A DNA stretch of 64,000 nt, taken from assembly GCA_032718475.1 (NCBI GenBank), contig JAUCBJ010000527.1, positions 21,831 through 85,830 on the forward strand, given 5' to 3'. Positions within the stretch are counted from its first letter, which is position 1, and each line of letters opens with the position of its first letter. The translations under genes were made by a program, and so were the position numbers. This DNA is from Nemertoderma westbladi. Lineage: Eukaryota; Animalia; Xenacoelomorpha. This document shows, one piece after another, positions 24,900-37,300 of this stretch. The notes below the pieces were generated by a model. It ran no database searches, had not been told where the DNA came from, and was given only the letters and a program-made list of their open reading frames with translations.

Positions 24900-26560
24900 C
24901 CCTTACGAAACATTAAAGGGATCAATATCTCTAACACTCTATCTGTGGACAATGCTATTTAACATTTGTTTGGTAACTGGGTCATTGGTTTCTACATGGA
25001 AACATAGCATCCTAAAGGTCCTATATAAAGGTAAAGGTTCAAGAGATGAAGAGAACAACTATCGAGGTATAGCCCTTCTGTGTAACCCTTTCAAGGTGCT
25101 TACAAGGCTTGTTGGGAAGCGGCTCCGTGAGTTCCTCCATTCTAAGATTCCTAAAGACCAGTTTGGTTTCATGCCAGGTCGATCAACCATTCAACCGTTG
25201 CAGCGTCTACTAACTCGGATCAAAGGAAATCTATCAGAACCAAGGAAACCTCTTTATGCCGCCTTTATCGATTTCCAAAAAGCCTTCGATTCGGTGCCAC
25301 GATCTAAAGTACTGTACAAATTGGAACACGTGTTCAAGGTAAATGGGAGATTATTGCGTCTAATTAAATGTATTCTAAGCCCAAATTTCATATATATTTC
25401 TGATGGTTTGAGGAAATCTAATCCTGTGAGGCAAACTCAAGGATGCCAACAGGGCGATAGGCCCGTTTCTTTTTATATTATACATATGGGACTTAATAAT
25501 GTTTATTACGAGAGTAGACGAAGCAATTGTGGTATTCTTATTCGCTGATGACCTTTTGTTCTTCTCTGATAACAAGGACGCTTTACAGGCTGCACTCAAT
25601 GCCACCAGCAGATAGATGGGCTTCCATCAACGGCCTTACTGCAAACCTGCGAAAATCGCAAATCATCAAATTCAGAAGAGGGGGGCGCCTATGTGGGGCT
25701 GATAAGTTTTTCTACAATTCCAGTCACCAGTTGAAATAGTAAATCATTACACTTATCTCGGAATAGTACTACAACCAACCCTTTCATTCACTCGACACAT
25801 AATTAACACCACATGCAAATCGTTTAAAGTGATCCATTCTATCAAACAACCCAGCCTTTTATCTCTCAACACAGCAATCAAGTTATTTACAATCAAAATC
25901 GAACCAATCATCAGTTATTGGCTCACTGTTATATGGGAATTTCTGAAATCAAAGGACTTTGAGAACCTGGACAAGATTAAGTCATCGTACCTTAAAAGAG
26001 TTCTGTCAGTACACAAATCTGCTCAGAACAGGCTTGTCCTGGCGCTGAGTGGAAGCAAGAACCTGTGTATGGATCTGCAACAAAAACTCAATCTCCCCAA
26101 AACTCCCGAATTTAATAAATACAAAACTGGGGTCAATTCGAAGAACAACAAAATAATTCCAGAATTCTGGCGTTCTCCCGGATTTACAAACCCAAAATGG
26201 AGAACCTCAAACTATAAAAACCGGCACATCATCACACGGGTGTCTATACATGGGTTTCATCACCTAATTTGTAAAAACCCCGCGTTTCACGAGACTGCAG
26301 ATGAATGCGTCTGCCGATTGTGGGACGCCAGAGCCAGCCGATACCACATTTTAAATTGTCACAAGAATGATGCACCCCTTGTGAACTGGGCAAATACAAA
26401 ATGATCCCATGTAAATGGAAGAACTGCATTTTATTTTATTTTGTATATATTTTATAATAATTTGTATAGTTGTGTGTGTTATTGATGTAATTTTAGCCTA
26501 ATTTCTCGTTCCTACTGTAGAAGTGCCATCCTTTTGGCTTAATTAATAATAATATTAAAA
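24900..26560 (+). mobile_element. 5'-truncated non-LTR retrotransposon: frameshifted RT with C-terminal Cys/His knuckle and A-rich tail
   Basis: KGKG...NNYRGIAL, QFGFMPGRST, FIDFQKAFDSV, QGCQQGD, FADDL-like, YLG, and HGFHHLIC...CVC..W...YHILNC. Confidence 0.85.
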
Positions 26561-26734
26561 AAAAATAAAACAAAAAATAACCAACAGGTCATAAAACATT
26601 GTTGCACGGGTGTAGCCTACATGTATTTTACACATTTTTGTATGGTATTGTTAAATAATTTATAATAGTTTTTGAGTTATTAAAAAAAATCAAGTCTCCC
26701 CTAAAGTCAAGTCTCCCTCACTCACCCTACTCCT

Positions 26735-26850
26735 ATCTCAGTAATTCAACTGGTTCTCATTTGATTGAAGCCAGTTAAGGAAAGGCTGAGTGGATCCAGG
26801 CGGGGCTCGAACATACAACCAAGGGATCAACCAACAGTCGTCCTAACCTG
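26735..26850 (-). mobile_element. tRNA-derived SINE (Nin/Deu-like domain), degenerate
   Basis: The reverse complement has a B box (gttcgagcc) followed by ccactcagcctttcc...aaatgagaaccagtt. Confidence 0.6.
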
Positions 26851-27580
26851 CCTTTTTTTTATAAAAGGTTTAGGTACATAGTGTATCTAAACCTACTGTG
26901 TATACTATATTAAACACCTAAAACATGGTGTAGACCTACAAATTATCACATCCTACAGCACATAGTGCTCGGAATAGACACAAAAAACCAAGTCAAGTCT
27001 CTCATTTAATGAATTCCGTGAACTATAGTTCCAATGTAAGTAACCCCCTGCTGGTGTGTTACTGTGTTTCATAATGTTCCTTATGTATAACAGTTTAAGT
27101 AATCAATAACACTTTGTTAACTAAAGCTGGATAATAATTGTGCTGCATGACGATTGTGCTCGACCTCTGCTTGAGTTTCTTATCATGGCTGCTCAGTGTG
27201 ATACCAAACTTATTAATGAAGTAGTAATGTAAGTAGTATGCTAAACAACGTGATTGAGACAGCGTCTGCCATAGTCTACCATGTTAAAGAATTTGCCGAA
27301 CGGCTCTTGCCCCGCCTACTTACTATGATTACTATTGTTGCCCCACCCACTTACTATGGTTACCATGGTTACCATTGTGCATATGTAACATATGTCACCG
27401 CTGTGTATATATGTGACATACGCGGTATAAGACTAGTTTGCAGGCGGAAGTAATTTAATTAATTCGTGTCTACCGGTCGGCGTTTGACCTTGAACCGCAA
27501 TAGGTAAAACCCAATATAGTAAGTGGGTTGCAGACGTTTGTTATTATAAAAGTCTTTAACATGATTTGATTATTCTACCT

Positions 27581-27870
27581 ATGGGGCGAGCCATGAAGTG
27601 AGTGATAGCGTCGAAGTGTGAGTGATAGCGCCGAAGTAAGGTTATGACGCAACAACTAAAAAAGGTAAATAAACACAGACTTATGGGGGCGAGCCGTGAA
27701 GTGAGTTCTTCCTCATCCACAACATCATTACCACTACCACCATCACCCGACGTCCCCTTCATTCCTTTCCAACATTGAAAAAATGGGGCGAGCCATGAAG
27801 CGAGTGAAGCCTTAGCATATGGGCGCCATTAATGAGTTGTGGGGCGAGCTACGGCGAAGTAAGGTTATTG
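27581..27870. repeat. Subterminal dispersed repeats ggggcgagc(c)atgaag / cgaagtaaggtta
   Basis: Four copies at ~27582, 27685, 27784 and 27840. Confidence 0.7.
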
Positions 27871-27957
27871 TATTTATAATATTATCATTATACCAACAAA
27901 TTTGATTATTATACTTAAATCCATCACCATTACTATTTTAAAATTTCTTCCACCACC

Positions 27958-28398
27958 TCACCCATTTATCCCGCTATCCTCGCTATCTACATCCACCACA
28001 TTATTGCCATTACCTCCGCCACCGCCTAACATCTCTAACATTCCCATCAACATTTCAATCCTTTCTTCCATTGCCTTCTCCCGTGCGCACCTCTCAGCCT
28101 CCTTTGCTCTCCTATCCCCCTCAGCCGCCATCTCCAACTCCCAATCTTCCCCCCACACACTCTTGTTTTTCTTCGCCTCTTCCTCCATATAATACTTTTT
28201 TTCTATCACCTCCCACGCATTCCTAGGCTCTAACAATCTCTGCACTCGCGCTTCTTCTTTTTCTGTCAAATACATTGCTACCAGTATCATTTCATTCTCA
28301 TTATCATCTCCATCCTCCACAATCTCATCATCCTCGATACTCTCATCATCCTCTACAATCTCATCCACCACAATCTCATCTTCTCTAACCACATCCAT
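27958..28398 (-). CDS. Acidic, coiled-coil hypothetical viral protein (146 aa), copy 1
   Basis: ATG ORF with a D/E-rich N-terminus and charged helical middle. Confidence 0.55.
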   Translation of the reverse strand: MDVVREDEIVVDEIVEDDESIEDDEIVEDGDDNENEMILVAMYLTEKEEARVQRLLEPRNAWEVIEKKYYMEEEAKKNKSVWGEDWELEMAAEGDRRAKEAERCAREKAMEERIEMLMGMLEMLGGGGGNGNNVVDVDSEDSGING

Positions 28399-28590
28399 GT
28401 ATAATATGTATAATAATAATAATAATAAATACCGGTAAATGCGTGTATAATAAATAAATAACTAAATCTATATAACATTTTTATTTCAACCGATAATTCA
28501 TTAAACCCACAGATAATAATTTAACCGTTACCATGACACCAACCAGAAACATGGTCTATTTATATAATAAAGTTTCTACCGCTCGAAGAT

Positions 28591-29889
28591 TCACACTGAA
28601 TGTTTATTCTTCTTTATTTGAGGTTGCCCATTAGTCTCGATTTCATTGAAAATGTCTTCACCATCATCCGTATCATTGACGATGTCCTCTTCAAAGTCGC
28701 TGATATCTTCATACTCATAGCTAGGTGTTTTATTCACGATGAGATCAATTTTTCGCTTAAGCGCTTGTTCTTTCATGGCTTTAGGTGTTTTCATCTTCAT
28801 CTGAGCGCTCACACCCCCAACGAGGGTATCAATATCCTTATAATCATTCTTTTTTTCAGTGCTGTCTACCTGTTCATTTTCTGGAATCGCGGGCAACCAG
28901 ATTTTTTTCTCATCCATTTTCTTAGCAGCGACTTTTACTGCTTCGGACGTCTTCAGCTGAGTAGCATTGTTCGGCATTTCCACTTTCATTAGTTCCTCGT
29001 CCGTTAATTCATCAATCGCAGCCTCAACAACTAACTTTTTAATCGGTAGAAACTCACACCCAGACGGAATATCGTGGTCCGCGTACTTCTGTAATTGCTT
29101 AATTATCTCGACATTTGCGTTGTTTCGAGGGATGAAAATAACCTTGGTGTCGAAGTTGTGGGACAAATATATCCCGTTTTTGTTAACGGTTGATGTGTAC
29201 CTCATACTAACCTCATCGATATTCTCGTTAACATTCTTATCTATGTTAAAGTCGAGCAAACAGAATTCATCCGCTCTGAGATTCAACCCATCGTAATATA
29301 TAACACCCTTTCGCTGTCTACCTATATCATCCACTTCCCAAACGCCGACAAATCGTTGCCCTTCAAAGTCGTAGATATATCCAATGTACCCACAATCTTC
29401 GAACTCCATAAAATTCTCATCATGAATTTCCTTCTTTTTTGGTTCAATACGGGAAAGAACGACTTTGCCGTAGAAGCTTTGTAAGTAATCTATAATTTTT
29501 CGCGAGATAAAAATTGATGCGCCGTTTTTCCCAATGCGTAAGTACGCATGATTTATCGGTGTTATAAGCAAATTGCCTCAGGTGTATTCCTTGTAATATT
29601 CAATGGCTATTTTATTATAATTGAGGAAGTCAAACAGGAATCTTATGTTCTGGTAAGTAAGACTTACCGATTCTTGTACGACGTTGCGTCCTTTGGTATC
29701 ACCCCAACGGTTGAATCGAACGTATTTCCCGTTAAATGCTTTTATTTCTATTCCTTCCCCCAAACACTCGAGGCCCCACACACTCTTACCTGTAATCACC
29801 GATACGTATGGGGCGGGCACACTATCAGTAGAGCTACCGCTTAATGACATCATTTTTGGTTGTGATGGTTTCACAGATTCCATCAACAA
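28591..29889 (-). pseudogene. PC4-like ssDNA-binding/coactivator-like gene interrupted by one in-frame TGA (29578-29580), copy 1
   Basis: ORFs 29578-29889 and 28591-29571 are in the same frame (EYT*GNLLITP). KYVRFNRW...SVSLT and RFVGVWEV...GLNLRADEF resemble PC4 folds; acidic tail. Confidence 0.5.
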
Positions 29890-30522
29890 ATTTTGCGAAA
29901 TATTAATAATTAAGTGTAAAAATAAAATACAATAATATCGCGCTATACAATGTGCGAAAAATATGATAATGAATGAATTAACCAGAATGACATGATAATG
30001 AATGAATGAATTAACCAGAATGACAAAATAAAGTATTTTACAGACGTATTTATAATATAATGATGGGCTATCGGGAAAACGGGTATATTTTAACCACTCA
30101 ACCGGATTAATCGCTATTGTCGTGAGAGAATTTTTCTGAAAAACTTCCTATAAATTTCAAGGGAAATATTTATTTACGCTTAAATTGGTTGACGTAAGTG
30201 GTGACAGCTTTGCAGCGGCGATTAATGCGGCCGGCCGATAGAAATTTCTATAGACACACCCCCAAATTTCTACAGAATATTACTCACGGTTAAATTGATT
30301 GACGTCAACTGTATTAACTGTGTAGCTTCTTAGAAGTTTCATAATTTTAAGCATGAGCGAATTTAATTTAATGTCGGGATCGCAAACTTTTCTCTCACGA
30401 CAGATATTTTTCTGTAATCACATTTATTACTAAAAACGAATGATTGTGCCGCGCGAGCGGCGTTTTAAAGACACACCCATTATAAATATACCCATTGGTC
30501 AAAATATTATTGATTAAGCAAC
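29890..30522. promoter_or_regulatory. Bidirectional promoter region of the element (copy 1; copy 2 at 32758-33390)
   Basis: Lies between divergent ORFs. Inverted 13-mer tgtcgtgagagaa (30118-30130) / ttctctcacgaca (30390-30402), two taaattg(g/a)ttgacgt boxes and TATA-like tataaata at 30481. Confidence 0.55.
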
Positions 30523-30821
30523 ATGGCAATACTGGGGCAGCTTGAGTCTATAGATAAGATCATTTTTTCAAATATATTATTTATTGTTACCTTTCTTTTA
30601 GGACTTTTTTTAGGTAAAATACGGCATAATAAAAAAATGTTTCCAATAATACAAGCTGAAAATAGTTACCGCGGTCCTAATTCAATTATTCCGATTAAAA
30701 TTGAATTGTTAAGCCCAGCAGCTCGGGCACCTGTATGCGGTTCATATAGCCCAGCTGGGATTGACATATATAGCGCCGTGAATAGAACAATAGAGCCGCA
30801 CTCACGGATGTTAATTGAGAC
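30523..30821 (+). pseudogene. Truncated copy of the dUTPase-like gene, broken at the duplication junction
   Basis: Identical to 33391-33689 up to MLIET, then reads into unrelated duplicated sequence. Confidence 0.85.
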
Positions 30822-30825
30822 CACC

Positions 30826-31266
30826 TCACCCATTTATCCCGCTATCCTCGCTATCTACATCCACCACATTATTGCCATTACCTCCGCCACCGCCTAACAT
30901 CTCTAACATTCCCATCAACATTTCAATCCTTTCTTCCATTGCCTTCTCCCGTGCGCACCTCTCAGCCTCCTTTGCTCTCCTATCCCCCTCAGCCGCCATC
31001 TCCAACTCCCAATCTTCCCCCCACACACTCTTGTTTTTCTTCGCCTCTTCCTCCATATAATACTTTTTTTCTATCACCTCCCACGCATTCCTAGGCTCTA
31101 ACAATCTCTGCACTCGCGCTTCTTCTTTTTCTGTCAAATACATTGCTACCAGTATCATTTCATTCTCATTATCATCTCCATCCTCCACAATCTCATCATC
31201 CTCGATACTCTCATCATCCTCTACAATCTCATCCACCACAATCTCATCTTCTCTAACCACATCCAT
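30826..31266 (-). CDS. Acidic, coiled-coil hypothetical viral protein (146 aa), copy 2
   Basis: Translation identical to 27958-28398. Confidence 0.55.
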   Translation of the reverse strand: MDVVREDEIVVDEIVEDDESIEDDEIVEDGDDNENEMILVAMYLTEKEEARVQRLLEPRNAWEVIEKKYYMEEEAKKNKSVWGEDWELEMAAEGDRRAKEAERCAREKAMEERIEMLMGMLEMLGGGGGNGNNVVDVDSEDSGING

Positions 31267-31458
31267 GTATAATATGTATAATAATAATAATAATAAATAC
31301 CGGTAAATGCGTGTATAATAAATAAATAACTAAATCTATATAACATTTTTATTTCAACCGATAATTCATTAAACCCACAGATAATAATTTAACCGTTACC
31401 ATGACACCAACCAGAAACATGGTCTATTTATATAATAAAGTTTCTACCGCTCGAAGAT

Positions 31459-32757
31459 TCACACTGAATGTTTATTCTTCTTTATTTGAGGTTGCCCATT
31501 AGTCTCGATTTCATTGAAAATGTCTTCACCATCATCCGTATCATTGACGATGTCCTCTTCAAAGTCGCTGATATCTTCATACTCATAGCTAGGTGTTTTA
31601 TTCACGATGAGATCAATTTTTCGCTTAAGCGCTTGTTCTTTCATGGCTTTAGGTGTTTTCATCTTCATCTGAGCGCTCACACCCCCAACGAGGGTATCAA
31701 TATCCTTATAATCATTCTTTTTTTCAGTGCTGTCTACCTGTTCATTTTCTGGAATCGCGGGCAACCAGATTTTTTTCTCATCCATTTTCTTAGCAGCGAC
31801 TTTTACTGCTTCGGACGTCTTCAGCTGAGTAGCATTGTTCGGCATTTCCACTTTCATTAGTTCCTCGTCCGTTAATTCATCAATCGCAGCCTCAACAACT
31901 AACTTTTTAATCGGTAGAAACTCACACCCAGACGGAATATCGTGGTCCGCGTACTTCTGTAATTGCTTAATTATCTCGACATTTGCGTTGTTTCGAGGGA
32001 TGAAAATAACCTTGGTGTCGAAGTTGTGGGACAAATATATCCCGTTTTTGTTAACGGTTGATGTGTACCTCATACTAACCTCATCGATATTCTCGTTAAC
32101 ATTCTTATCTATGTTAAAGTCGAGCAAACAGAATTCATCCGCTCTGAGATTCAACCCATCGTAATATATAACACCCTTTCGCTGTCTACCTATATCATCC
32201 ACTTCCCAAACGCCGACAAATCGTTGCCCTTCAAAGTCGTAGATATATCCAATGTACCCACAATCTTCGAACTCCATAAAATTCTCATCATGAATTTCCT
32301 TCTTTTTTGGTTCAATACGGGAAAGAACGACTTTGCCGTAGAAGCTTTGTAAGTAATCTATAATTTTTCGCGAGATAAAAATTGATGCGCCGTTTTTCCC
32401 AATGCGTAAGTACGCATGATTTATCGGTGTTATAAGCAAATTGCCTCAGGTGTATTCCTTGTAATATTCAATGGCTATTTTATTATAATTGAGGAAGTCA
32501 AACAGGAATCTTATGTTCTGGTAAGTAAGACTTACCGATTCTTGTACGACGTTGCGTCCTTTGGTATCACCCCAACGGTTGAATCGAACGTATTTCCCGT
32601 TAAATGCTTTTATTTCTATTCCTTCCCCCAAACACTCGAGGCCCCACACACTCTTACCTGTAATCACCGATACGTATGGGGCGGGCACACTATCAGTAGA
32701 GCTACCGCTTAATGACATCATTTTTGGTTGTGATGGTTTCACAGATTCCATCAACAA
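31459..32757 (-). pseudogene. PC4-like gene with in-frame TGA (32446-32448), copy 2
   Basis: Identical to copy 1, including the stop. Confidence 0.5.
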
Positions 32758-33390
32758 ATTTTGCGAAATATTAATAATTAAGTGTAAAAATAAAATACAA
32801 TAATATCGCGCTATACAATGTGCGAAAAATATGATAATGAATGAATTAACCAGAATGACATGATAATGAATGAATGAATTAACCAGAATGACAAAATAAA
32901 GTATTTTACAGACGTATTTATAATATAATGATGGGCTATCGGGAAAACGGGTATATTTTAACCACTCAACCGGATTAATCGCTATTGTCGTGAGAGAATT
33001 TTTCTGAAAAACTTCCTATAAATTTCAAGGGAAATATTTATTTACGCTTAAATTGGTTGACGTAAGTGGTGACAGCTTTGCAGCGGCGATTAATGCGGCC
33101 GGCCGATAGAAATTTCTATAGACACACCCCCAAATTTCTACAGAATATTACTCACGGTTAAATTGATTGACGTCAACTGTATTAACTGTGTAGCTTCTTA
33201 GAAGTTTCATAATTTTAAGCATGAGCGAATTTAATTTAATGTCGGGATCGCAAACTTTTCTCTCACGACAGATATTTTTCTGTAATCACATTTATTACTA
33301 AAAACGAATGATTGTGCCGCGCGAGCGGCGTTTTAAAGACACACCCATTATAAATATACCCATTGGTCAAAATATTATTGATTAAGCAAC

Positions 33391-34023
33391 ATGGCAATAC
33401 TGGGGCAGCTTGAGTCTATAGATAAGATCATTTTTTCAAATATATTATTTATTGTTACCTTTCTTTTAGGACTTTTTTTAGGTAAAATACGGCATAATAA
33501 AAAAATGTTTCCAATAATACAAGCTGAAAATAGTTACCGCGGTCCTAATTCAATTATTCCGATTAAAATTGAATTGTTAAGCCCAGCAGCTCGGGCACCT
33601 GTATGCGGTTCATATAGCCCAGCTGGGATTGACATATATAGCGCCGTGAATAGAACAATAGAGCCGCACTCACGGATGTTAATTGAGACGGGTGTTAAAA
33701 TATATTTACCCGCCAATTATTTTGGAAGAATTACGCCGACTTTTAGCTTGACAAAAATTGGCATTGATGTTGCAGAATGTGCGGTCGATTCCAGCGTCGC
33801 ACGCGGTAATATAGATCAACTTGTAATTATATTGATTAACAACACATCTAAGGAATACGTTGTAACATCCGGTGATAAAATATGCCAGCTTATATGCCAA
33901 CAATGTAATGCGGCAATACTCTACGTTTCTAATATTTATTCGGATGATTATTTTGGGGTTTTACCGACGAATTTAACGCCGTATGGGGAAGAGATTAATT
34001 CGGCATTTTACCGCGCATATTAA
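33391..34023 (+). CDS. dUTPase-like protein with N-terminal hydrophobic helix, probably catalytically inactive
   Basis: PAGIDIYS (motif 1), GRITPTFSL (degenerate motif 2), CAVDSSVARG (degenerate motif 3), GDKICQLI (motif 4). Motif 5 (RGxxGFGSTG) is absent. Hydrophobic segment IIFSNILFIVTFLLGLFLG. Confidence 0.8.
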   Translation: MAILGQLESIDKIIFSNILFIVTFLLGLFLGKIRHNKKMFPIIQAENSYRGPNSIIPIKIELLSPAARAPVCGSYSPAGIDIYSAVNRTIEPHSRMLIETGVKIYLPANYFGRITPTFSLTKIGIDVAECAVDSSVARGNIDQLVIILINNTSKEYVVTSGDKICQLICQQCNAAILYVSNIYSDDYFGVLPTNLTPYGEEINSAFYRAY

Positions 34024-34316
34024 ATATGTGACATTAAACGCATAACACCAAACTCGGGTGGTGACACATGTCAATACTATTTCAATACTCTTACACGTGA
34101 TTATACAACATAGTTAATAGAGCATATAAATAGGATAATGTCAGTTCAGTAAATTTTGGTTGGTTAAACGCTTTCTAGTGTGGGTGGCTGGTTGACCGGG
34201 TATTGGATATATTTATCTACATAAAATCTGCCGCATCTCATTCATCGGCATATTGTAAATATGTTTTCTGTACCTACGTTAATAAATATATTATAATCGT
34301 AATAATAATAATTATA

Positions 34317-37300
34317 ATGATGGAGATTAATTGCGTTTTTTGCAGTTGTACTATACTTAAGAAAAATTATTTACGGCATTTACGCACACATTTCGATGGG
34401 TATGTTTGCGATAATTGTAATTGCCGAACTACTTCTGAAAGAATAGCAATATTTCACAGTAATAGATGTTGTGGGTTGTCTCGTCCGAATTACACCTACT
34501 GTGGTTACACGCTATCCTGCCCGACATGCTCTGATGATTTTGAAAACTTCGATTCATATATCGAACATAGTTGCCATCAAAACCACTACAATTCCCGCAA
34601 ACGCAAACATAACCAAAAACAATCAGAACCGACATTTCAACCGGATCTCAACGTTGGTTTGCCTGTAAGCATCACAAACAGCTCAGATACATCCAACGAA
34701 GGTTTTCATCTCTCAACAACATGCCACGAATCCCGCGTTCAGGAATATACCCATAATGTGTCATCTAATGAGATGTATCCAGATGTACCGAATTATTTAA
34801 ATTATATGGGGTTATATGCTTCACGTGCTTTTAACACGACGGCATCGGTTTTTATTGATATGTTTTATAAAGTGTGGTTAATTGCTTCGGTGATAATGGA
34901 ACGCGACGATGCTAATTATACTTTACAAGAAGAATTCCATTTTACTTCGATCGGTACAGATAATTATATTGAAAATAGCCCAGATTTTGACGAATGGTAC
35001 TACACAGTCATTTCCCATATCGGTGAAAAAATATCGCAATTTATTAGGCGGGGTAGCGGCTGGAAACTTGTAACTCTATCGCGCATCAAACTTACTATTG
35101 CGTCATACTTGCGATCGGCATATCGTTTTGGACATAGTGGCGATGCCAACCAATCAATCCCAACGAAATTAAAAAATAAACATTCTGTAATAAATGTACC
35201 GTGTAATGAAGGTGAATGTTTTAAGTGGGCGGTCCTGACAGCAAAATTTTCAAAACATATATCGGATGATCACACACTGCGCCATGTTTCACGCCAAAGT
35301 TCTTATAATCAGTATTTAGGGTTTTTTAATTTAAGCGAATTAGACTCTACCCTATCATGGAAACTAAATATTCTAAAGTTTGAAAAAAATAATCCAAATT
35401 ATTTAATAAATTTATTGTATTTTGATAGAAGTAGTGAAAAAATTTCCTTTCTACGACAACCAAGTGCTAAAAAAGCTGAAGGTAAAAGATTGCTAAATTT
35501 ATTGCTTATTGAACGTCAAAATTTAACCTCAACAAATCACATCGTTGGGGTTTCTAACTTAAATAGATTATTTAATGGTTGTGGGGAAGGCAATAGCAAC
35601 GATCATTGTCATCGTTGTGAGCGGTGTATTCGCGGTTTCTACAGTCCAAATGCGTTAGAACGCCATAGATTATGGTGTTGGCAAGGCGGGCGCCAAATAG
35701 AGGAGATGCCATCTAAACTGAATTTACGCTTTACTAATTACTATAAGTCTGTGAGCACACCTTTCATAGTATATATGGATTTCGAAGTGGTACTAGCCCC
35801 AACAAATAATGTAAAAAAATATTATATAGCCGAACATCTCCCGTCGGCTGTTTCATATTTGATTGTCTCCAATGGTGAATTAATTAACCCCCCAAATTAT
35901 TTTTTGTCTACATTTAGGCAAAATATCGATAATAACTCGGTACAGAATTTTATCGATAGTCTGGTTTTTGATTTATTTAAGTGTTATGAATGGTCTACTT
36001 TTAACACACACCACCCCAAACACCTGGATCACACACAATACCAAGCTTATATGCGTACCACAAATTGCTTTAATTGTAAATCATTTTTCCGGAAAGATAT
36101 AAATCCAAGTGTGATGCATCACAACCATTACAATGGGGCTTTCATTGGTGCGGCGTGTATTTCCTGTAATAAACAATTAAGCGTTAAACGTCACCTATTC
36201 CCAGTTGTCTGTCATAATTTTTTTTTTTATGATTCACATTTAATTTTACAAAAAGGGTTTGCCGGTAGTAAATATAAAAATTGGAACATTGAAACCATTG
36301 CAAAAAATACTGAAAGATATATCTCACTCCGCATCGATATTCCAACGTCAGAAGCACTTAACGTGCTTGGTTATGCTATTCCAGAAAAGGACGTAAGAGG
36401 GCTCCCAACCAGCAAATCAATAACTATACAGTTTATTGATTCATTCGCATTTATGGGATTTTCCCTTTCTGCTTTGGCTGGGTTTTTGGCAAAAGATGTG
36501 TCAGATTTAACAACCGTTATTCCGCACACCGTGAAGCAAATGAGAAAATTATATCCAAATGTTACCGACGAAATTTTACGTCGTAAGTCAGTTTTTCCTT
36601 ACGAATATGTCGATTCCTTAAGTAAATTGGAGGATACTAAATTACCGCATCCAAAAGAGTTTTACAGTGAATTAACATTATCATCTATTAGCCCCGAAGA
36701 ATATACATTTGCACATCTTTCGTGGGAGCAATTTCAATGTAAGACACTTTTTGATTATTTGGAAGCTTACTTACATCTTGACGTTTTGCTGCTAGCCGAT
36801 ATTTTTGAAAATTTTCGCGCATATTGTACTAAACATTATTCGCTTGAGGTGTCGAACTATTACACGATGGCGGGGGTTAGTTGGGACGCGGCTTTGAGAT
36901 TGTCCAAATCACATATTCGTCTACTTGCAGACCATGAAATGTATTTAACATTCGAAAATTCCATTAGGGGTGGGGTTTCTTACACCAACCTTCATATGGC
37001 AAATGCGAATATACCAGGCACAGAAACATACGACCCTAATAAACCTGAAGCTCATTTATATAATTTAGATTTCAACAGTTTATATAGCGGTTCTTTGTCG
37101 GAGAAACTTCCTTATTCTGACTTTGAATGGTTGGATGTTGATAGTGTCGATATCATGAGTCTGGAAATTGACGATATATTTGGATACTTCGCAATTGTAG
37201 ACCTTGAATACCCAATGTCTATTCATGATGCCACAGCTGAGCTTCCATTTGCACCGGAGCATATTAAACTCGATAGTAGGTATCTCAGCCCGCACATGAA

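Larger units (their letters stand above)
27952..33689. repeat. Apparently exact 2868-bp head-to-tail duplication (27952-30819 / 30820-33687)
   Basis: All ORFs recur at +2868 with identical translations. The junction ttaattgag-ac-cacctcaccc has a 2-bp (ac) microhomology. Confidence 0.95.

Noticed and set aside
26780-26850. tRNA gene
   Set aside because: Only a B box is present, no full cloverleaf, and it is followed by SINE body sequence.
29578-29580. Selenocysteine recoding of the in-frame TGA
   Set aside because: No redox motif context and no recognisable SECIS downstream.
28600-29935. Plus-strand ORFs opposite the PC4-like gene (also at +2868)
   Set aside because: Antisense shadow frames with no motifs.
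34203-34316. PolB N-terminal extension in the ORF track
   Set aside because: TTG start and AT-rich, low-complexity translation; ATG at 34317/34320 is more plausible.
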